Source: Bacilli bacterium
GTDB taxonomy: Bacteria > Bacillota_I > Bacilli_A > RF39 > UBA660
DNA: 64,000 nucleotides
Assembly: GCA_017513865.1 (NCBI GenBank)
Contig: JAFWMN010000006.1
Coordinates: forward strand, 2,857-66,856
Direction: 5' to 3'
Shown here: piece after piece, positions 27,271 to 37,332 of the stretch
Numbering within the stretch: the stretch's first letter is position 1
Layout of the letters: each line of letters begins with the position of its first letter
Program-made: the position numbers and the translations under genes
Notes under the pieces: generated by a model
The model's database searches: none
What the model saw: the letters and a program-made list of their open reading frames with translations, nothing else
What the model was told of the DNA's origin: nothing

Positions 27271-28334
27271 TACTTTCTTTTAAGTAGTTTTGGTAATCTT
27301 TCTTTGTCAACAACGATATCGGTTGTTAAAACAAAAGTTAAAACAATTATTGTAAGAATTGTATAAATTATATACCCTAGTTTTCTATCGTGGATAACAT
27401 ATATGATAGAGGCAAAAGCAAATAAAATATCGATTCCATATATAATTAAAACTGTGGCTCTATGAGAAAAGTTTTTCTTTAAAAGTTGATGATGTGAATG
27501 CTTTTTGTCTGGTTTTGATATTTTTTCTCCTTTTAATAATCTTCTTAAAATAGCAAATAAAGTATCAAGTATTGGAATAGCTAATATTAGTAATGGAATT
27601 ATTAAAGAGGTTAATGTAACACTTTTAAATCCTAATAAAGCAATTACGGCAATCATGAAGCCCATGAATAATGATCCAGAATCACCTGCAAATATCGTAG
27701 CTGGGTGAAAGTTATGAACTAGGAATCCTAAAACTGCCCCTAACATTATAAAAGTTAAAATAAAGTCTAAGCCCATTTTACCCATTATTATTGATATTAA
27801 ACCGATGGTGGCAAAATATATTGCACTTATGCCAGCAGCTAGGCCATCTAGGCCATCGATTAAGTTAATGCAGTTTAAGCATCCTAAAACAAAGAATATA
27901 GTTATGGGATATGCGAATATTCCAAAGTTAAAATACATTCCAAATACTGTAATATCTTGTATTATTAATTTACCATATATAGCAATTGTAGCAGCGGAAA
28001 CTACTTGCGCAGCAAATTTAACCGATGATTTTAATGGTTTAATATCATCAATTGTTCCGGCTAGCACGACAATGAAACTACCAATTAAAATAGAATTCAT
28101 CGCACTACTTGGTTCACCAAATATCATATAACCAAGGAGGAACCCTAAAAACATGGCAAGCCCGCCTAGCCTTGGCATTGGGTTTTTATGAACCTTCCTT
28201 TCATTTGGAATATCTAAAGCTCCAATGTGGATGGCCACTTTTTTTATAAATGGAACTAATAGAGTTACGGATATAAAAGTTGTCGCAATCATTAATAATA
28301 TCTTAATCATTACATCTTGATCCATAAAGCTCAC
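27270..28334 (-). CDS. Undecaprenyl/polyprenyl-phosphate N-acetylhexosamine-1-phosphate transferase (glycosyltransferase family 4, MraY/WecA/TagO-like)
   Basis: Polytopic membrane protein; NLIDGLDGLA motif; DDxxP-like loop. Confidence 0.8.
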   Translation of the reverse strand: MSFMDQDVMIKILLMIATTFISVTLLVPFIKKVAIHIGALDIPNERKVHKNPMPRLGGLAMFLGFLLGYMIFGEPSSAMNSILIGSFIVVLAGTIDDIKPLKSSVKFAAQVVSAATIAIYGKLIIQDITVFGMYFNFGIFAYPITIFFVLGCLNCINLIDGLDGLAAGISAIYFATIGLISIIMGKMGLDFILTFIMLGAVLGFLVHNFHPATIFAGDSGSLFMGFMIAVIALLGFKSVTLTSLIIPLLILAIPILDTLFAILRRLLKGEKISKPDKKHSHHQLLKKNFSHRATVLIIYGIDILFAFASIIYVIHDRKLGYIIYTILTIIVLTFVLTTDIVVDKERLPKLLKRK

Positions 28335-28395
28335 CTCTACTCATAATTTTACCATATTTTGCCTGTTTATTCCACTTTTTTTGTTTGTCATATTT

Positions 28396-29760
28396 TTAGT
28401 TTTTATAAAATACTTTATAGGCTTTGTATGAAGTATAAATATCAAATTTGCTAGATATTTCATACGGTGAATGCATTGATAATATTGGAATGCCACAATC
28501 TAAAACATCCATTCCTTTATTGGCTAATATATATGAAATTGTGCCTCCTCCCCCTATTCCTATTTTGCCCATTTCTGATACTTGATAGGTAATATTATTA
28601 CTTATGAATAAGTTTTTTATGTAAGCTAAATATTCAGCATTCGCATCAGATGCTCCCCCTTTTGATGCGGTTCCTGTGTACTTCATTATTGATACGCCTT
28701 TATTTAAAAATGACTCATTATTTTTTTCATATATGTCTGGGTAGTTTGGATTATAAGCTCCAGTTACATCAGCTGATAGTGCTTTTGAGGTGTTATATAT
28801 TTTGTTTTTTTCTTTATTATCTATATTTGCTTTTTCTAATAGTAGGTCTATGAAATAGTCAAAAGTGTTTGAAGACATGCCGGTGTTTCCCATACTGCCA
28901 ATTTCTTCTTTATCGGTTAAGGTACATATAACTGTTTTTTCAGGATTTTCTATTTCAAGTAAGGCTTTTAATGAGGTATAGGCACACACTTTATCATCTT
29001 GGCCATAGCCAGCTATTAATGACCTATCAAAGCCTAAATCTTTAGCTTTAAAATTTGGGGTAAATTCTATTTCAGCACTTTCAAAGTCTTCTTCTTTTAT
29101 ATTATATTTTTCGTTTAAGATATTTAATATATTTAATTTTGTTTTAGTATCTACTTCCTCATTAATGGGAATGCTGCCAATTAATATATTTAAGTTTTCT
29201 CCTTCTATCGCATCTTTCAGTGTTTTATTTTCTTGATTTTTTGATAAGTGCGGAAGTAAATCAGGTATAGTAAATACTGGATCAGTTTCTTTTTCCCCAA
29301 TATTTATTTCTATTTTTTTATCCTTGGTTATGATTATGCCATGCATAGAAAGTGGGATATTTACCCACTGGTATTTTTTTATTCCACCATAATAGTGTGT
29401 TTTAAAAAATGCTAGTTCTTCACTTTCATATATTGGATTGGGTTTTAAATCTATTCTTGGACTATCTAAGTGGGATGTTATCATATTGAAATTTATTTTC
29501 TTACCAATAATTGCTGCATATATATTTTTTCTTCTATTTATATAGTAAACTTTATCATTTGGTTTTAATTTAGCTATGGTTTCGATGTTTTTAAAATTGT
29601 TTTTTTTTAATATTTTTTCAATTGTTTTAACGCACTCTCTTTCTGTTTTATTATTGTTTATAAAATCAATAAATCCTTGGGAAAAGTCATAGATTTTTTG
29701 TTTTTCATCTATATTTATTTTCTCCCAAGGATTTGTTTTTTCTTTTAATAAATTTTTCAT
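28396..29760 (-). CDS. M18-family aminopeptidase
   Basis: GYGQDDKVCAY and SMHSPYE motifs typical of M18/M42 aminopeptidases. Confidence 0.7.
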   Translation of the reverse strand: MKNLLKEKTNPWEKINIDEKQKIYDFSQGFIDFINNNKTERECVKTIEKILKKNNFKNIETIAKLKPNDKVYYINRRKNIYAAIIGKKINFNMITSHLDSPRIDLKPNPIYESEELAFFKTHYYGGIKKYQWVNIPLSMHGIIITKDKKIEINIGEKETDPVFTIPDLLPHLSKNQENKTLKDAIEGENLNILIGSIPINEEVDTKTKLNILNILNEKYNIKEEDFESAEIEFTPNFKAKDLGFDRSLIAGYGQDDKVCAYTSLKALLEIENPEKTVICTLTDKEEIGSMGNTGMSSNTFDYFIDLLLEKANIDNKEKNKIYNTSKALSADVTGAYNPNYPDIYEKNNESFLNKGVSIMKYTGTASKGGASDANAEYLAYIKNLFISNNITYQVSEMGKIGIGGGGTISYILANKGMDVLDCGIPILSMHSPYEISSKFDIYTSYKAYKVFYKN

Positions 29761-29788
29761 AATATCACCTTCCTGGTAATATTATGGT

Positions 29789-30805
29789 CTAATAATTTTT
29801 ATTTAAACCACTTTCTAATACAGGAATGTTATCTAAAAGCACCCCAGTTCCTTCAACTACACATGTAAGTGGTGTTTCGGCTAAAAATACTGGTACTTTA
29901 AGTTCATGACTTAACAGTTTGTCAAAACCATCTACCATAGCTCCGCCACCTGTTAAAACTATGCCTTTATCAATGATATCGGCGGCTAGTTCTGGTGGGG
30001 TCTGTTCTAGTACTTGTTTAGCGGTATTTATTATAATATGTGAACTTTCTCTTAAGGCTTCTTCTACTTCATCAGAGGTCAAAGTTATAGTATGTGGAAG
30101 TCCAGTTACTAAATCTCTTCCTCTAACCTCCATTTTTTCTTGTCTTGATTCAGGGAAGACTGTACCGATTTTAAATTTAATGTCTTCAGCAGTTACTTCA
30201 CCAACTAATAATTTATATTTTTCTCTAATGTATTTGATTATATCATTATCAAATACATTACCAGCTACTTTTATTGATGCTGAATTTACGATTCCTCCTA
30301 GTGATAAAACGGCAACGTCAGCTGTTCCTCCACCAATATCAATTACCATATTACCACTTGGTTTAGAAATATCCATACCAGCACCAATAGCAGCTACTTT
30401 AGGTTCTTCTTCAAGGTATACTTTTCTGGCTCCAGTTTTTTCTGCAGCTTCTCTAATAGCGTTTTTTTCAACTTGTGTTATATTAGATGGACAGCAAATT
30501 AAAATTCTAGGGCGAGCGAAGAAACTTTTACCATTTACTTTTCTAATGAAATTATTAAGCATGATTTCGGTGATTTCAAAATCGGCGATAACTCCATCTT
30601 TCATTGGTCTTATGGCTCTTACTTGTCCTGGTGTTCTCCCTAGCATTTCTTTGGCTTCTCTTCCAACAGCGATTGGTTTTTTTGTGTCTTCATCAATAAC
30701 GACAATGCTTGGTTCATTTAAAACGATTCCTTGCCCCTTTATGTAAATAAGAACATTAGCTGTTCCTAAGTCTATTCCGATATCTTTTGAAAACATTCTT
30801 ATCAC
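29789..30805 (-). CDS. mreB: Actin-like rod-shape protein MreB/Mbl
   Basis: IGIDLGTANV, DIGGGTADVAV, LTGGGA motifs; downstream of spoIIID as in the Bacillus spoIIID-mbl arrangement. Confidence 0.9.
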   Translation of the reverse strand: MIRMFSKDIGIDLGTANVLIYIKGQGIVLNEPSIVVIDEDTKKPIAVGREAKEMLGRTPGQVRAIRPMKDGVIADFEITEIMLNNFIRKVNGKSFFARPRILICCPSNITQVEKNAIREAAEKTGARKVYLEEEPKVAAIGAGMDISKPSGNMVIDIGGGTADVAVLSLGGIVNSASIKVAGNVFDNDIIKYIREKYKLLVGEVTAEDIKFKIGTVFPESRQEKMEVRGRDLVTGLPHTITLTSDEVEEALRESSHIIINTAKQVLEQTPPELAADIIDKGIVLTGGGAMVDGFDKLLSHELKVPVFLAETPLTCVVEGTGVLLDNIPVLESGLNKNY

Positions 30806-30855
30806 CTTTTCCCTTAAAATATATTATAGCACAGAAGTTTTGCTTTTTATATATA

Positions 30856-31107
30856 TTATTGCATTTTTAAATACTTTTTTTTCGTTGATAGTCCTCCTTT
30901 TATGTGTCTTGTTTTTATATGGTGCTTTATGACTTTATTTACTTCTTTATATAGTTCTAAATCTATTTGCTTTAATCTTTCTTTTAAATCTTTATGAACT
31001 GTGCTTTTAGATATATTGTGTTTTTTGGCTATTTTTCTTATGGTATCACCTGTTTTTAACATATATTTGCTTTCTAATAATACTCTTTCTTTGATTTTAT
31101 TTTTCAA
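30856..31107 (-). CDS. spoIIID: Stage III sporulation transcriptional regulator SpoIIID
   Basis: 83 aa, HTH IRKIAKKHNISKSTVHKDL, basic C-terminal tail. Confidence 0.85.
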   Translation of the reverse strand: MKNKIKERVLLESKYMLKTGDTIRKIAKKHNISKSTVHKDLKERLKQIDLELYKEVNKVIKHHIKTRHIKGGLSTKKKYLKMQ

Positions 31108-31195
31108 GAAATACCTCCTTTAATAAAGTATATATTTGTTATTCTTTTATATACTTTTAAAAGAGATTTTTCGATATAAAAACTAGAATTTTATT

Positions 31196-31852
31196 CTAGT
31201 TATTCAATTCAGTTATTTTTTTGTCAAAGCAAGTTTCAGGATTTATGTTTGCTTCATTAATAGTTATTTCAAATAGTAAGTGGTTTCCTAAATTTTTTTC
31301 TAAATTAGATTCCCCTGCCGTTCCGATAACCATTCCTTGTGTTACTTGGTCTCCTTCTTTAACTGTTACTTCTTTTAGGCTTTGATATGTGGTTATTATA
31401 TTGTTTTCATGCGCTATGGTGACGACTTTGCCTAACAGATTGTCTTCTTTAACACTTGTAACATTACCATCTAATACTGTGACAACATCAAAGGTGTCAT
31501 TTATACCACCATATATTGTTCCATTATTTTGCATGTATGTATTTTCATAATTTATGATAGCATTTTCTTGAGTTTTTTCTTCACCTTTATAATCATAAAA
31601 ATTTTTAAGTATTTTTACCTCATTGTTTATATATGGTCTTATAACTGTTGGCGTCGTCGGGGTGTTTACTACAGATTTTATTCCATTATCAAACAATTTT
31701 GTGACATAACTATATTCATCTTTTTTCTCTTTATCTAATGATTTGTTTGATAGGTCAATATAATATATGGTTCCTAACACTAAGAAGGTTATACATATAT
31801 ATATTCCATAAACTACTCCTTTTTTTAATCTTCTATTTTTCATTTTTTTCAC
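31196..31852 (-). CDS. Membrane-anchored LytM/M23-domain protein, SpoIIQ-like (degenerate metal-binding motifs)
   Basis: N-terminal TM and M23 fold. The HxH motif reads NHLLFE and the HxxxD region reads GINDTFD, so the Zn ligands appear lost. Located between spoIID and spoIIID as in clostridia. Confidence 0.55.
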   Translation of the reverse strand: MKKMKNRRLKKGVVYGIYICITFLVLGTIYYIDLSNKSLDKEKKDEYSYVTKLFDNGIKSVVNTPTTPTVIRPYINNEVKILKNFYDYKGEEKTQENAIINYENTYMQNNGTIYGGINDTFDVVTVLDGNVTSVKEDNLLGKVVTIAHENNIITTYQSLKEVTVKEGDQVTQGMVIGTAGESNLEKNLGNHLLFEITINEANINPETCFDKKITELNN

Positions 31853-31889
31853 CTCTACTATAAGTCTTAACTTTAATTATAAAAATATA

Positions 31890-32786
31890 CTACATTTTTT
31901 TAATTTCGGTTTCTACATAATAGTGAGAGAGTATTTCTTTATATTTTTTTCCTTCTTTTGCCATGCCATTTGCCCCATATTGGCTTAAGCCGACACCGTG
32001 ACCATAGCCTTTAGTAATAATTGTTATTTTATTTTCGTTTTTAGTTATTTCAAAGTAGTTTGATTTTAAATTTAGTTTTTGGGAAAAATCTCTTCCTTTA
32101 ATCTCTATATTGTTTATTCTTAATACTTTGATTCTTCCGGTACTAGTTTTTTCTAATATTTCTATATTTAAACTATCATTATATGGAAGTTCTAGTTTTT
32201 GGTAAAACTCTTTTAAATCTAAAGATGTTGTATCAATGAATAATCCTTCATCCCATACACTCGAAACGCTTCTTAAGTATGGTACTTTACTTATGAAAAC
32301 TTCTTCACTATTTTCAGTTTGGCCAGGACTTGATGCAAAAAAAAGCGTGTTAGCTACTTCGCCATTATATATTAAATATTCTCCTTTGGTTTCTTCAACA
32401 GCCTTTTTTATTTTATTTATGTTTTTTGGATATGAATTTTTCCATCTTTCTTTTAACTCTTCAGGTGTTAGATATACTTGATTTGATGTAGTGTTTGTAA
32501 CATCATATTCTTTGCCATTCATATGATATAAAGCATAACTTCTTGAAGCAACTGCCTGTGCTTTTAAAGCTTCTTCTTCGAAATTGGGTCCCATTTCGGC
32601 TGATACTACGCCTTTTATATACTCTTCTAAGGGGATTTCCATTATTTTATTCGTTTTTTCATCTTTTACTTTTATTAAACTGTTTTTTATATAATTAAAT
32701 TTTATTATTTCTTTTTTTGTGAAAATTTTGGTAACAAAAAAAGGTATTAATACGATTAATATAGTTAGTGTTGTAACCTTTTTCAT
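31890..32786 (-). CDS. spoIID: Stage II sporulation protein D (SpoIID/LytB lytic transglycosylase)
   Basis: GYGHGVGLSQYGA hallmark motif; N-terminal TM. Confidence 0.85.
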   Translation of the reverse strand: MKKVTTLTILIVLIPFFVTKIFTKKEIIKFNYIKNSLIKVKDEKTNKIMEIPLEEYIKGVVSAEMGPNFEEEALKAQAVASRSYALYHMNGKEYDVTNTTSNQVYLTPEELKERWKNSYPKNINKIKKAVEETKGEYLIYNGEVANTLFFASSPGQTENSEEVFISKVPYLRSVSSVWDEGLFIDTTSLDLKEFYQKLELPYNDSLNIEILEKTSTGRIKVLRINNIEIKGRDFSQKLNLKSNYFEITKNENKITIITKGYGHGVGLSQYGANGMAKEGKKYKEILSHYYVETEIKKM

Positions 32787-32795
32787 AGAACCTCC

Positions 32796-32990
32796 TTATA
32801 TAATTCTTGCATTAATTATAAAATCATATATAAAGTTTACTACTAGATAGGTTAACGCCATACTTACTATTATGTATAATACCCTTGATTCATAATATCT
32901 ATTTTTTTTAAATAGCCCGGTTATATCAATACTTTCTAAAGCCCAAATTGTGATTATTAAAAATGTTATATATAAAGCAACTTTAACCAT
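32796..32990 (-). CDS. Small two-TM membrane protein
   Basis: 64-aa hydrophobic ORF overlapping rpiB stop region. Confidence 0.3.
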   Translation of the reverse strand: MVKVALYITFLIITIWALESIDITGLFKKNRYYESRVLYIIVSMALTYLVVNFIYDFIINARII

Positions 32991-33501
32991 TATAATTGTT
33001 TAACATCTCATTTCTTTTTTGGTGTCTATCTTCATTACTAAATGGGGTTTTTAAAAAAGTATCAACAATATCTTTGGCTCTATATAATGGCATATTTCCA
33101 TTTAAAGCGATTACATTAGCATCATTATCATTTCTAGTGTATTTTGTTTCTTTTGTGTTATTGACTTTAGCGCATCTTACGCCTTTTACTTTATTACATG
33201 CAATACTGATACCAATGCCACTGCCACAAATGGCAATGCCTCTTTCAACTTCTTTTTTTTGAATGGCTTCACCTAATTTAAAACCAAATTCTGGATAATC
33301 ATGGGAATTTGTATCATCGCACCCATAATCAATTACAGTATATCCTCTTTTATTTAAATAATTTGTAATTTTTTGTTTTAATTTATATCCTCGGTGATCG
33401 CTTGCCATACCAATTTTTTTGTTAGGAATATTTAAATCTAATATTGTTTGTTCTTGATAATCATTTTTTACAATATCTTCTAAAGAAGTTTCTTTATCCA
33501 T
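32983..33501 (-). CDS. rpiB: Ribose-5-phosphate isomerase B / LacAB-family sugar-phosphate isomerase
   Basis: IAICGSGIGISIACNK motif. Confidence 0.75.
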   Translation of the reverse strand: MDKETSLEDIVKNDYQEQTILDLNIPNKKIGMASDHRGYKLKQKITNYLNKRGYTVIDYGCDDTNSHDYPEFGFKLGEAIQKKEVERGIAICGSGIGISIACNKVKGVRCAKVNNTKETKYTRNDNDANVIALNGNMPLYRAKDIVDTFLKTPFSNEDRHQKRNEMLNNYNG

Positions 33502-33620
33502 CTCTATTCCTCCTTACTATTTATAATTATAACATGTATTCGTGTAAATGTTTGTATTTTTTTTTGATTTTATGTTTACTTTTTTTGTTTTTTATTTTAT
33601 ATATTAATTAAGGTGATTTT

Positions 33621-34946
33621 ATGAACAATATTTCTTTTATTTCTGTTAATGAGCAGAAAATGATTAGAATTAGTAAAGATTTTTCAAAATATATGGATAG
33701 CTTACTTGATAAAAGGTGGGCTGGTTTTGATTTTGAAAAAATGTGTGGTGATGATGACTATACTATTACTGATCAAGCTACTTTTTTAGATTATTTATCT
33801 CGCCTTTTTGATTATATTAAAATCACTATTGAAGATATTAATATGGATACTTTTTCTTATAAATTTAGTAATATTATTAATGATTTTGATAATATCAATT
33901 TTGTTATTACGGATGTTTTAGGTCCCCGTGATGGCATTTATTTACAAAGAAAAGTTTCGGCTTTAAATTCTTATTTTATTAAATGTGTCAGTGATGAGGC
34001 TGCATTTAAATTAGAGGAATTAATTAAATTGCTTGATAACTTTTTTTCTTTTCAACTAGAGGTTCGAAAATTAAATGATATGATTTTTTTTAAGGATGAT
34101 TTGTTAAAAGATTTAAGTGACGTTATTGGTGTAGATCAAATTCATAAATACCGAAATAAGTATGATGTTATTTTAAATGACACGCCTATTAATGTTAAAG
34201 AGTTAGAAAAATTATTTAGGACTATTCAAAAAATTATTTTAGATGATTTTAAAAATAGACTTACTGATCCATATGATTATAAAAGGGGTGAGCCTTTTAA
34301 GTTTTTATGCCATTCAACTTATTCTTTGGATTGGGAAGGTGAATACTGGGGTAACTATATTTCAACTTCGCTTTTAACTAGTGAACATAATAGTCCTTTT
34401 AGACTTCCCTTTGGATTTGTTATGAATCCAGAAGATATCGTGATGACGTGCTATGAAGATTTACATGTTTCAAACAAAGGTGATAAAGAGGAAAACCTTA
34501 GGATTAAAAATGTTATGCCGATAGTTCAATCGATGGATCATGTTATTAGAGATACTTATAGATATAACGAAGTATTGATAAAAGGGTTTGATCCAATTGG
34601 TATTTTTTGTGTAACTGATGGTTCTAAAGAATTAAATCCATTTTATTTAAAAGCTTTAGAGTTAAAGGAACAATTTCCTGAATTACCTATTGTCGATTTG
34701 GATATGACTTTATATGATTCGTTTGAAGATAGTGTGACTGCCCGCAATGAACTTGTCGATGTGATGAGAGAGGAATTTAAAATTTTTGATCCGGTGGATG
34801 AAAGCTATTATGCTTCGTTTGAACCTTTTTGGCAAAGCTTTTTAGAACTTAAAAAATCTGGCAATTATACTATTACTGATATATTTAGTTTATTTACTTA
34901 TTATAATGGTATAATTCAGGACCCTGATAAAACTAAAAAAAGATAA
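33621..34946 (+). CDS. Hypothetical cytoplasmic protein (441 aa)
   Basis: ORF only; no recognised motifs. Confidence 0.45.
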   Translation: MNNISFISVNEQKMIRISKDFSKYMDSLLDKRWAGFDFEKMCGDDDYTITDQATFLDYLSRLFDYIKITIEDINMDTFSYKFSNIINDFDNINFVITDVLGPRDGIYLQRKVSALNSYFIKCVSDEAAFKLEELIKLLDNFFSFQLEVRKLNDMIFFKDDLLKDLSDVIGVDQIHKYRNKYDVILNDTPINVKELEKLFRTIQKIILDDFKNRLTDPYDYKRGEPFKFLCHSTYSLDWEGEYWGNYISTSLLTSEHNSPFRLPFGFVMNPEDIVMTCYEDLHVSNKGDKEENLRIKNVMPIVQSMDHVIRDTYRYNEVLIKGFDPIGIFCVTDGSKELNPFYLKALELKEQFPELPIVDLDMTLYDSFEDSVTARNELVDVMREEFKIFDPVDESYYASFEPFWQSFLELKKSGNYTITDIFSLFTYYNGIIQDPDKTKKR

Positions 34947-35031
34947 ATTTAATTGTTTATCTTTTTAATTTTGTATAATTATAAATGAAGTGCCACAAAA
35001 ATTTATAAAAAAACACTTACAAATGTAAGTA

Positions 35032-35247
35032 TTATTTAACGAATGGTAATAAAGCCATAAATCTAGCTTTTTTTACTTCACCAGAGATATATCTTTGGTG
35101 TTTAGCACATGTACCTGTAATTCTTCTTGGTAATATTTTACCTTTATCTAAGCTAACATATTTTTTAATATTTTCATCTTTATATGTTATTTCTTTTCCG
35201 GCACATAATTGGCATACTTTTCTTTTCTTTCTACGATATTCTGCCAT
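35032..35247 (-). CDS. rpsR: 30S ribosomal protein S18
   Basis: CQLCAGKE...[18 protein letters not shown]...KARFMALLP. Confidence 0.9.
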   Translation of the reverse strand: MAEYRRKKRKVCQLCAGKEITYKDENIKKYVSLDKGKILPRRITGTCAKHQRYISGEVKKARFMALLPFVK

Positions 35248-35259
35248 ATATATCCTCCT

Positions 35260-35715
35260 TTATTCTAGAAAATTATCATCAATTGAAACGTTATCCCCAA
35301 AGTCGGCGAAAGGATCATCAGCCACATCCACACTATTTTGTGGTTCTTCTGGAGCTGGAGCGTCTTGATAATCATACGGAGTAGAATTTTCTCTTGATCT
35401 TTTTGATTCTAAAAATTGAACAGAATCAGCAACAACATCAGTTGTGTACCTTTTATTTCCATCTTTATCAGTGAAATTTCCTGTTTGAATTCTACCTTCG
35501 ATTGATACTTGACTTCCTTTATCTAGATAGTTTGCAACATTTTCTGCTTGTTTTCTCCAAACAACAATGTTTATAAAATCAGCTTCTCTTTCTCCTTGGG
35601 AATTATTAAAAGTTCTATTAACAGCTAGAGAAAATCTAGTGTATGGAATATTAGAACCTGTATATCTTAATTCTGGTTTAGCAGTCAACCTACCAACTAA
35701 ACAAACTCTATTCAT
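35260..35715 (-). CDS. ssb: Single-stranded DNA-binding protein
   Basis: OB fold [11 protein letters not shown]...; acidic C-terminal tail DDPFADF...DDNFLE. Confidence 0.9.
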   Translation of the reverse strand: MNRVCLVGRLTAKPELRYTGSNIPYTRFSLAVNRTFNNSQGEREADFINIVVWRKQAENVANYLDKGSQVSIEGRIQTGNFTDKDGNKRYTTDVVADSVQFLESKRSRENSTPYDYQDAPAPEEPQNSVDVADDPFADFGDNVSIDDNFLE

Positions 35716-35731
35716 ATAAATACCTCTTTTC

Positions 35732-36022
35732 TTAGTCTTCTATTTTTGTAATTAAATGACGAATTATATCTTTGCTGATAAGGGCTAAACGATCGAATTC
35801 TTTAATTGCTTTATCATCTTTACCTTCTACTTGAAACACAAAGTAATATCCGCTTTTGAAATTTTTAATCTCGTAAGCAAGTTCTTTTTGTCCCATGGTT
35901 TGTTCATCTGTTACTTTAGAACCGTTTTTCTTGATAGTGTCAGCAAAATCTTTAACTACTTTTTTTGCTTCATCTTCTCCTAAAGTTGGTCTTACGATAA
36001 ACATAATTTCATAATGTTTCAT
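35732..36022 (-). CDS. rpsF: 30S ribosomal protein S6
   Basis: [18 protein letters not shown] start typical of S6; rpsF-ssb-rpsR operon order. Confidence 0.9.
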   Translation of the reverse strand: MKHYEIMFIVRPTLGEDEAKKVVKDFADTIKKNGSKVTDEQTMGQKELAYEIKNFKSGYYFVFQVEGKDDKAIKEFDRLALISKDIIRHLITKIED

Positions 36023-36075
36023 TTTTACACCTCCTTGTGGTCTATTGGCTTCTTTTTAGAAGCAAGGAGTAAATT
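36023..36075 (-). promoter_or_regulatory. rpsF 5' leader hairpin sequestering the RBS (candidate S6:S18 autoregulatory element)
   Basis: Minus-strand RNA: CTCCTTG CTTCT aaaa AGAAGC ... CAAGGAGG, the last element being the rpsF Shine-Dalgarno; -10 TATAAT upstream. Confidence 0.45.
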
Positions 36076-36155
36076 AATTACTCGCTATAGATTATAACAA
36101 ATTATATTTAAAAAGTAAACAAATATTCTAAAAAAAATGAACTATTGTTCATTTC

Positions 36156-37262
36156 TTACACATTGAATCTAAATAGGCAAATGTCCCCATCTTGCATGGT
36201 GTATTCTTTACCTTCTAGTCTTAGTTTTCCGGTTTCTTTTACTTTCTGTTCACTACCTAATTCTTTTAGATCATTAAAGCTCATTACTTCAGCTTTGATA
36301 AATCCTTTTTGAAAATCAGTATGGATTATGCCTGCGCACTCTGGAGCTTTCATCCCATTTTTAAAGGTCCATGCTTTTACTTCATCTTCACCGGCTGTTA
36401 AGAATGTAGATAATCCTAATAATTTATAAGAACTTTTAATTAATTTATCTAATCCGCTTTCTTTAATACCTAGGTCTTCTAAGAATTCTTTTTTATCTTC
36501 ATCTGATAATTCAGCAAGTTCTTCTTCTATTTTCGCACTTATTTTAACCACTTCGGCATTTTCTTTTTCAGCATACTCTTTTAAGGTTTTTACATATTCA
36601 TTATCTTCATTAATGTCGTTTTCGCTTACGTTTGCTACAAAAATAATTGGTTTTATTGTTAATAAATTAAATGGTTTTAATATTTTTATTTCTTCTTCAG
36701 TTAAGTTTAAATTTCTAGGTGGTATGTTTTTTTCTAAATTTTCTTTTACTTTTTCTAATAATTCTAATTCTTTGATGGCTTCTTTATCATTAGCTAGTCT
36801 TGCTTTTTTACCCATTCTAGATATTCTATTTTCAATCACCTCTAAGTCAGCTAGTTCTAATTCAACACTTATTATTTCAGCATCTCTAATTGGATTAATG
36901 TCCCCTGAAACATGAGTTATGTTGCTGTCTTCAAAGCATCTTACGACTTCGCATATGGCATCGACTTCCCTAATGTGAGAAAGAAATTTGTTACCTAGGC
37001 CTTCTCCTTTTGAAGCTCCAGCAACTAATCCAGCAATATCAGTGAATTCAAAAGTTGCAGGAATTGTTTTTCTGGGATTATACATTTTACTTAAGAAATC
37101 CACTCTTTCGTCAGGTACTGTTACAATTCCAACATTCGGTTCAATAGTAGCGAAAGGATAGTTTGCGGCTAATATATTTTGTTTTGTTATAGCGTTAAAT
37201 AAAGTTGATTTTCCGACGTTTGGAAGACCGACTATACCAGCAGTTAAACTCATTTTCATCAC
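36156..37262 (-). CDS. ychF: Ribosome-binding ATPase YchF/Ola1
   Basis: GIVGLPNVGKSTLFNA G1, TGS C-terminal domain. Confidence 0.9.
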   Translation of the reverse strand: MMKMSLTAGIVGLPNVGKSTLFNAITKQNILAANYPFATIEPNVGIVTVPDERVDFLSKMYNPRKTIPATFEFTDIAGLVAGASKGEGLGNKFLSHIREVDAICEVVRCFEDSNITHVSGDINPIRDAEIISVELELADLEVIENRISRMGKKARLANDKEAIKELELLEKVKENLEKNIPPRNLNLTEEEIKILKPFNLLTIKPIIFVANVSENDINEDNEYVKTLKEYAEKENAEVVKISAKIEEELAELSDEDKKEFLEDLGIKESGLDKLIKSSYKLLGLSTFLTAGEDEVKAWTFKNGMKAPECAGIIHTDFQKGFIKAEVMSFNDLKELGSEQKVKETGKLRLEGKEYTMQDGDICLFRFNV

Positions 37263-37332
37263 CGCAAATATTATACTAAAATAGGCATTATTTGTAAATA
37301 AAATTAAAAAAACAAATGATTTTCCATTTGTT

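Noticed and set aside
29919-30746. 275-aa plus-strand ORF
   Set aside because: It is antisense to the strongly supported mreB gene. Its low-complexity S/T/I-rich translation is typical of a shadow ORF.
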